Positions 57,945 to 64,000 of a DNA stretch of 64,000 nucleotides are shown in pieces; positions within the stretch are counted from its first letter, which is position 1; each line of letters starts with the position of its first letter. The stretch comes from Methanotrichaceae archaeon (lineage in GTDB: Archaea > Halobacteriota > Methanosarcinia > Methanotrichales > Methanotrichaceae). The translations under genes and the position numbers were made by a program. Below the pieces are notes generated by a model that was given only the letters and a program-made list of their open reading frames with translations, was not told the origin of the DNA and did not search any database. Location: the NCBI GenBank assembly GCA_963748825.1, contig CAVVKN010000009.1, positions 247,471 to 311,470 on the forward strand, read 5' to 3'.

Positions 57945-58299
57945 CTATTTATTTAAGGATAGCTTTCTTTGCAGTTTCGGCAGCGGCCTGCAGTTTCCAG
58001 GGACCTGTGTCTCCTCCTGGCTCAATTCAATAGCATCTTCCTGCCGCTCCAGACCAGATCCTACTTTTTTCAGCTTGTGATTGGTCCTGCATATTTCATG
58101 GTCTAACCTTTCCAGTCCCGCGGGCGCCTGCAAGAAATTGTCTATCATCGTTTTTTTGGATTCTTTACACGGATGTAGCTGCATCTCTTGCCGGGGAAGA
58201 ATCTCAATGTATCCTTTGAGGCCAAGGGTCCCGGCTAGGGTTACAACCATCGAGCTGTATCCTACCCCCTTTACCTATTCCCGATACATGGGCAATTAA
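57945..58299 (-). pseudogene. Degenerate acylphosphatase paralogue
   Basis: Across a frameshift the minus strand reads LIAHVSG / VKGVGYSSMVVTLAGTLGLKGYI, matching the neighbour's AIVSGRVQHVGYRSRVVTMARTLDLKGYV. Confidence 0.65.
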
Positions 58300-58304
58300 C
58301 CACT

Positions 58305-58955
58305 TCATATCATGCCAAAATAGACCGGCAGCGCCAGCAGAATCGTAGGCAAGCCTACCAGAAGCCACACCATGCGGTTGCTATCAAAGATCTTCTTGCC
58401 GTCCAGGGGGCCGAAGGGAAGCAAGTTGAAGGCCGCTAAGATGAGGTTGATAAATAGGGCGAAGTTGGCCGCCTGAGCGGCAAGTCCGCTGGATGGACCG
58501 AACATCTGCGCCAGAAAGAAGAATATCACTAATACGATGTTGGTCATGGGCCCGGCCAGGGATATCCAGAGTGTTTCCTTTTTTATCTCCCTCTTCAGCT
58601 CCTCCTGGCCGAAGGGATCCTGCATGTAAAACTCCTGCGGAGCACTGGGCTTGCTTATCATCACCGCTCCCGGTGCGGCAAAGATGAATCCGACAAAGGA
58701 CGCGGCCACGGCGATAATAAGGCCCATCATATTGGCTCTGTACTCTGCAAAGTAGCCAAAGTGCAGTGCTACGAACTTGTGTGCCATCTCGTGCAGAAGA
58801 AAGCCTGTGCCTACGCCCACTGTAATGATAAGAACAATCTCTAAACCAGGAATGCTCTTCCCGTTCATCAGAACCGAGAAGGCAACAACCAGTGCTATCA
58901 GCGATAAAAGCAGATCCCTCAGCTCGACGGAGCTGATGCTGCCAGCAATGCTCAT
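58305..58955 (-). CDS. Site-2 protease (peptidase M50) family metalloprotease
   Basis: HEMAH, AGPMTN and FNLLPFGPLDG motifs. Confidence 0.92.
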   Translation of the reverse strand: MSIAGSISSVELRDLLLSLIALVVAFSVLMNGKSIPGLEIVLIITVGVGTGFLLHEMAHKFVALHFGYFAEYRANMMGLIIAVAASFVGFIFAAPGAVMISKPSAPQEFYMQDPFGQEELKREIKKETLWISLAGPMTNIVLVIFFFLAQMFGPSSGLAAQAANFALFINLILAAFNLLPFGPLDGKKIFDSNRMVWLLVGLPTILLALPVYFGMI

Positions 58956-59129
58956 ATAAAATGATTGCGTGTACTGACTATATCTCTTTGTTGATGCAAA
59001 TAAAGTATGGGCTATCCATGAATTAGATATTGCGCTACCAATGGGCGAAAGATCTTTGACCAGATAGATCCCTTAATTAATTGTGTCTGAATATTCCCAT
59101 TGCTCCCCTCTCCAAGAGGTAACGCATCC

Positions 59130-59882
59130 ATGAAGTACCCACGATGGCAGCTTCTCTTTGCCCTATCTCTCATAATCACATCATTTCTCATCTATCTCTT
59201 TCACTATCTCATCTTCAAAGATCTTCATCACATAATGGTATTCCTGGTTGAGGATATCGCTTTTTTGCCTATCGAAGTTCTTCTGGTGACCTTGATCATT
59301 CATCGGATCTTGAGCAATCTGGAGAAAAGCAGCCGTCTGGAGAAGCTTAATATGGTGATTGGGGCATTTTTCGTCCAGGTTGGAACGAAACTGCTCGCCC
59401 ATCTATCCGATATGGACCCGGAGCTGGACAGCATCAGGTCAAATCTGTTGGTCACATCCAGGTGGTCGGACGAAGATTTCTCCCGTATTGCCGGGAGCCT
59501 GAAAGGACACAAATACATAATCGATATCAATCGGCTGGATCTAAGAGACTTAAATGCTCTGCTCTCCAAGGAGCGAGAGTTCTTTTTAAGAATCATCGAA
59601 AATCCGGCTCTAATGGAGCATGAGTCCTTTACCGATCTCTTATTGGCAATCTTTCATCTTACCGAGGAGCTGGCGAGAAGGCCCAGTCTGGAGGGCTTGC
59701 CCAGAAGCGATATGACCCACCTGGCCGTGGACATTGGTCGGACCTACAGGCTTCTCGTCCTGGAATGGCTGGACTACATGAGATACCTTAAAAGGAGCTA
59801 TCCTTATCTCTACCACCTGGCGATGAGGACCAATCCCTTCGACCAGACGGCTTCTCCTGTGATCCGGGATGAGGAGAGTTGA
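59130..59882 (+). CDS. Hypothetical membrane protein (two N-terminal TM helices)
   Basis: DIAFLPIEVLLVTLII, LNMVIGAFF..VG, ENP.L.EHESFT and TNPFD stretches; start at MKYPRW after a GAGGT RBS. Confidence 0.8.
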   Translation: MKYPRWQLLFALSLIITSFLIYLFHYLIFKDLHHIMVFLVEDIAFLPIEVLLVTLIIHRILSNLEKSSRLEKLNMVIGAFFVQVGTKLLAHLSDMDPELDSIRSNLLVTSRWSDEDFSRIAGSLKGHKYIIDINRLDLRDLNALLSKEREFFLRIIENPALMEHESFTDLLLAIFHLTEELARRPSLEGLPRSDMTHLAVDIGRTYRLLVLEWLDYMRYLKRSYPYLYHLAMRTNPFDQTASPVIRDEES

Positions 59883-59913
59883 GGCCGCAAGGCGGCAGAA
59901 GTCTTGGTGAGTA

Positions 59914-60159
59914 CTAAAGAAGCATTTTTTTGATCTTCTCTTTGAGCCTTTTCTCGTCCTCTTCGGTGACGGGAATCTTGGCGGACATGCCGCACCTTTG
60001 AGGCATGGGGATCAGTTCATCCTCCAGAAGATCGTAGTAAGCCCCGTCAAGGCCTATCTCGTCCATAGCATATCTTTTTAGGATGGTTTTGATCTTCACT
60101 TGATTTGGTTTGCTGGAAGAGTCTATCTTCTCGAAGGCCTGTTCGATCTGTTTGTACAC
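59914..60159 (-). CDS. Small hypothetical protein
   Basis: 81-aa ORF with GTG start, protein-like composition and an upstream TATA-like ATAAATAT. Confidence 0.6.
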   Translation of the reverse strand: MYKQIEQAFEKIDSSSKPNQVKIKTILKRYAMDEIGLDGAYYDLLEDELIPMPQRCGMSAKIPVTEEDEKRLKEKIKKMLL

Positions 60160-60351
60160 GGACTCTCTATTGCATGAGATTCATATTTATGCCTTATCCG
60201 TGCAGCCGCTACGGTGCTTTTCGATTTTCTTTTCGCCATCATTTCATCCGGTCGATGTCGTATAATTAAGCGCCTCACATCACTAAGGGCCAGCCTGTAC
60301 AAAATATCTTATAGAAACGATGGCAAGACGGTTAGTGAGGGGAAAGACATT

Positions 60352-61077
60352 TTGGCAGATGTAATCGATTATAAAATCTTTGGAAACGATATGCAGGTCG
60401 CGGAAATAGAGCTGGACGCAGGTGAAGGCGTAAGGGCGGAGGCGGGCGCCATGCTCTATATGGATGGGGGAATAGAGATGCAGACCTCCACAGGGGGCGG
60501 GCTTTTCAAGGGGTTCAAGAGAATGCTCACAGGAGAGAGCTTCTTTATAACCACCTTCTTGAACAATGCCAAAGAAAGAAGAAAGGTGGCCTTCGCGGCC
60601 CCCTTTCCAGGAAGGATTCTGCCTGTAGACCTGGAGCAGGTGGGAGGCAGCATTTTGTGTCAGAAGGACTCCTTTCTCTGTGCCGCGCGAGGCATTGAGA
60701 TAGAGGTGGCCTTCACCAAGAAGCTAGGGGCGGGGCTTTTCGGAGGAGAGGGCTTCATCTTGCAGAGGCTGGAGGGCAACGGTCTTGCTTTCATTCATGC
60801 CGGAGGGACGATGCTGGAGAGGGACTTGAGATCGAAAGAGGTTCTGATGGTTGACACCGGCTGCCTGGCCGCTCTGGCCCCAAGCGTTGACTACGATATT
60901 CAGTTCGTGGGTGGCTTCAAGAATGCCCTGCTGGGAGGCGAAGGCATCTTCTTGGCCAGACTGGAGGGGCCAGGAAAGGTATATTTGCAGAGCCTACCCC
61001 TCTCCCGTCTGGCAGACAGGATCATGGAGGCGAGCCGGCCGAGAAACCAGCCTGCCAGCGGCTTGCAGAAGGACTGA
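60352..61077 (+). CDS. TIGR00266 / AIM24 family protein
   Basis: Y.I.G.DMQ..EIEL..GE.V.AEAGAM, GESFF, CQKDSFL, GGEGFILQ and G.VYLQSLP motifs; TTG start at 60352. Confidence 0.9.
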   Translation: MADVIDYKIFGNDMQVAEIELDAGEGVRAEAGAMLYMDGGIEMQTSTGGGLFKGFKRMLTGESFFITTFLNNAKERRKVAFAAPFPGRILPVDLEQVGGSILCQKDSFLCAARGIEIEVAFTKKLGAGLFGGEGFILQRLEGNGLAFIHAGGTMLERDLRSKEVLMVDTGCLAALAPSVDYDIQFVGGFKNALLGGEGIFLARLEGPGKVYLQSLPLSRLADRIMEASRPRNQPASGLQKD

Positions 61078-61417
61078 AGACAAAAGGATGCATCCGGGAG
61101 GCTTTAGCTTCCATTTTTGATCGGTGACTGACAGCATTGCAGGGTATTGATTAGCATAGTCCACGGACAGATAGGTTTATATAGATTTTCAACTCGATAG
61201 TATGTTGATGGAGCTAAGCATATTTGTCTACTACATCACCCTAAAATCCGGTTTAGAACGGACCTTTTTCTAGCCTAGCTCTGGCCCTTGAAAATCCCCT
61301 TTCAATTAATGCGAATAACTGTTTATTCGTATTATTAACATGACTGCAAAAAGGGAGGGCTTTTTCGTCGTATTATATTATAAATAGAATATTATGAAAA
61401 TATGGAGGTGACTCGCT

Positions 61418-62086
61418 ATGATGAATCGCACAATGAAACTGCTCCTGCTCTCGGACATATTCGTTCTGACGGGATTTGGGCTAATCCAGCCCATACTGGC
61501 CATTTACATTAATGATGGTGGCGTGACGGGAGGGACGATGCTCACCGCAGGCATGGCGAGCGCTCTCTTTATGCTCACCAAGTCATTGGTGCAATTGCCC
61601 TTTGGGCACTACGTGGACAGCCATGCCGGGAAAGAGAGGTGGCTGATCTTGGGAACGCTGCTCATGGCCAGCGTTCCTATAATCTACCTCTCGGCAAACA
61701 GCATCTACCATATCTACTTGGCAGAGGTGATTTATGGACTGGGCAGCGGCCTGGCCTACCCCACCTGGCTTGGCCTGTGGTCAGTTAATCTGGACCAGGG
61801 CAGAGAAAGCTTCCAGTGGTCCATTTACCACACATCCACCGGCATGGGGACAGCGGCCACGGGCGCAGCCGGGGCGGCAGTGGCCAGCCAGGTGGGCTTT
61901 TCCACCACCTTCATGTTGGCCGGGCTGCTCTGCATTGTGGGCTGCCTGGTCCTCTTGGTCCTGGAGCGAAAAGGTGCCAGGAAGGGAGAGGATTTAGGGG
62001 GTGAGGCCCGTTTCCGTAGAAAAGGGATGGGCTCTTTCCTATCCCGGCTGGGGGACCTCGGGCAAAAGGCCCCCAGCTCTTGCTGA
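61418..62086 (+). CDS. Half-size MFS-like transporter (about 6 TM)
   Basis: GGAGGTG RBS; QLPFG.YVD..GK MFS motif A-like; six hydrophobic helices. Confidence 0.8.
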   Translation: MMNRTMKLLLLSDIFVLTGFGLIQPILAIYINDGGVTGGTMLTAGMASALFMLTKSLVQLPFGHYVDSHAGKERWLILGTLLMASVPIIYLSANSIYHIYLAEVIYGLGSGLAYPTWLGLWSVNLDQGRESFQWSIYHTSTGMGTAATGAAGAAVASQVGFSTTFMLAGLLCIVGCLVLLVLERKGARKGEDLGGEARFRRKGMGSFLSRLGDLGQKAPSSC

Positions 62087-62204
62087 TGCATTACCGCCCT
62101 AGAATATTTGGGCATTATCGCTTTGCAACCATGCCCCTAGACCCTCCTGATTAGGCTGACAAAACAGATTCGGTTATTGTGACTATCAGCAAGGAGGAAA
62201 ATGT

Positions 62205-62697
62205 GATGCAAAGGGAAAATGTTCAATGGGCTTTTTTTTCTGGCCGCGATCATTCTTTGCTTTGGGGCAGTTCTTTCCCAGGATTTCGCGCCCGAGACGG
62301 GAACCTTCATCAAAGCTGGCGAGATGAACGGCCTGTGCCGGCTTGATATCATCAACAATCAACAATGGGTTAGATGATGCAGTGGCCTATCTGAGCTCCA
62401 TGCAAAAGAAGATTGTTGCAGCGGTTTACATCCATGGGGGGTGACTTATTCAATTTGACGGGGATCGATCACGGCAGCCACGAGCTTCACTTTAAGCAGG
62501 GTCAGAGCTGGAGTAAAAGCACTGGAAAATTCGCGATCAATGCCACCAGCCGCCGCATGGAAGAGCCGCTCACCTTCGAGACCCAGAAAACCCCGGAAGA
62601 AGTCCGCTATACTTGGGGCAAGTTCATACCAGAAGAGGTGCTGGACAGCAATGCGGTTGTGGTTCCTGTGAGCGAGGAGGATTTCCTGGTTTGGTGA
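62205..62697 (+). pseudogene. Frameshifted remnant of a secreted hypothetical protein
   Basis: AGGAGGA RBS, signal-peptide-like segment disrupted near a T8 run, then QDFAPETGTFIKAGEMNG.. and, in another frame, FNLTGIDHGSHELHFKQG; broken by frameshifts and stops. Confidence 0.45.
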
Positions 62698-62774
62698 ATG
62701 TGCTCATATCGATGAGGGGGTGAGTGGCATTCTGCCCCCTCCGATGCCCCTAGTTTTTATAAAAATAAATAGTA

Positions 62775-63230
62775 TCACACTATGTCACAGACGAAGTACA
62801 TTTTTCCCGTATCTCGCATGGCCTTGATGGGAATGTCCAGCTTCAGGCTTTCAATCTCCACATGCTCGGGGTTAAATGGATCCAGGCCACCTACACCAGT
62901 TCCAATCTTAAATGAACCCGCGACTTCACTGGCAGATTGAGCGGAGGAAGCACCGGCAGTAACCAAGGGTGCAACACCGGCCATCTCGCTAATGTCAGCG
63001 ACTACAATCGGTTGGCCATTCACAGTGCTTAGATTCTGAGTGGTGTGATTTTCTGCACCAATATTCCGTACTACATCGGCAGAATCATTTGCAGGTGTGG
63101 TATTGTTCAGAATAGTGCTATTCAAAGTGGCGTTATTCACGGTAGCATTGGTCTCCTGAGCGGTCACGGCAAATGTTGCCGCCATTGCCAGAACCAGTAT
63201 GCCTGCAAAATATATGAACTGCTTATTCAT
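62775..63230 (-). CDS. Secreted N-glycosylation-sequon-rich hypothetical protein
   Basis: Signal peptide MNKQFIY..AVTAQE; NAT/NST/NTT cluster; paralogous to the next gene. Confidence 0.75.
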   Translation of the reverse strand: MNKQFIYFAGILVLAMAATFAVTAQETNATVNNATLNSTILNNTTPANDSADVVRNIGAENHTTQNLSTVNGQPIVVADISEMAGVAPLVTAGASSAQSASEVAGSFKIGTGVGGLDPFNPEHVEIESLKLDIPIKAMRDTGKMYFVCDIV

Positions 63231-63358
63231 GTTTGTCCTCAGGCGGGGAAGATAGCTTAGGAGCATATCAAATTAACCATTCTTCAAAAAAAATATTTCA
63301 CAAAAATAAATAAAATCCTGGGAATACCCAGGAATCCGCCTGGAATCCGGACGCAAGA

Positions 63359-63964
63359 TCACATTTTGTTTACGAAAAACGGCAAAGCGCTCAAATCCAT
63401 AATTGTTTCGGCAGGCAGGCCGACCTTGTAGGCATCTTGGGACAGGGCCTTACTGTCGATTGGGAAGAGCGAAGGAGTCCTTCCGATGCCGCCAATGGTA
63501 AAGGTTGTCCTTTGGGGCGATCCTATCTGCATTGCCCCGGGCTGCAGGGCCGCAGGAATTGGGCTGATGGTACTAACCGGCTCTGCTACGGCAGTGACAT
63601 TCTCAGACGGAGTGGTATCTTGAGCAGGAGCTGTCTCGTTTTGAGCTACTATTACCTCTATCTGAGTGGGTGCAGTCTCATTTTGTACCGGTACTGTCTC
63701 ATTTTGGGCGGGAATGATCTCACTTGCCCCCGGGGCGGACTCATTTTCCGCGGAAACGATCTCATTCAGAGCCGTCTCATTAGCAGTCTCGGTCGGCAAA
63801 ATTGGAACTTCAATCACTGAAGCATTCAATGTCGTGTTATTCAGCAACGTTGTGTTGTTCATGGTAGCATTATTCAAGGCCGTTGTGTTCTCCTGAGCGG
63901 AGACGGCGAGGAGGGCAGTCAACATGAACAGAACGCTTGCAAATTGTATAGATCGTTTACTCAT
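63359..63964 (-). CDS. Secreted N-glycosylation-sequon-rich hypothetical protein (QNETAP repeats)
   Basis: GAGGA RBS, signal peptide, more than 10 N-x-S/T sequons; paralogous N- and C-termini with 62775..63230. Confidence 0.78.
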   Translation of the reverse strand: MSKRSIQFASVLFMLTALLAVSAQENTTALNNATMNNTTLLNNTTLNASVIEVPILPTETANETALNEIVSAENESAPGASEIIPAQNETVPVQNETAPTQIEVIVAQNETAPAQDTTPSENVTAVAEPVSTISPIPAALQPGAMQIGSPQRTTFTIGGIGRTPSLFPIDSKALSQDAYKVGLPAETIMDLSALPFFVNKM

Positions 63965-64000
63965 ATAATTCCTCTGCTATATGATATGGCTTGGGAGTTT

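Noticed and set aside
1-64000. CRISPR array or cas genes
   Set aside because: No regularly spaced short repeats with unique spacers; all repeats found are coding or paralogous.

Overview
Core-chromosome segment of an acetoclastic methanogenic archaeon, most likely Methanothrix (Methanosaeta). This rests on a complete cdhABC-cooC-cdhDE ACDS operon, a Methanosarcinales-type duplicated-domain S-layer gene with a PGF-CTERM anchor, rps6e, an archaeal CCA-adding enzyme and an NrpR-type regulator. Housekeeping genes include valS, tsr3, ribBA, ilvD, iorAB, cbiB/cobD, the homocysteine-synthesis pair, tRNA-Gln and tRNA-Glu. One decayed tnpB-only IS200/IS605 element is present. The first locus that stands out is 20.5-27.6 kb, an array of secreted Cys-containing paralogues: three near-identical copies, one diverged copy, one promoterless relic and two distant homologues. 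It is probably the filament-sheath (MspA-like) locus. Each of the three near-identical copies has a 190-245 nt leader whose sequence has diverged but whose three-stem structure is conserved, starting exactly 31 nt after a TTTATAT box, which makes it a candidate new cis-regulatory RNA. The second is inside the ACDS operon, where two tandem 57-58 aa micro-ORFs look like the detached C-terminal linker and docking strand of CdhC, while CdhC itself ends in a winged-helix-like domain. All family assignments come from motif recognition by eye; no searches were run.
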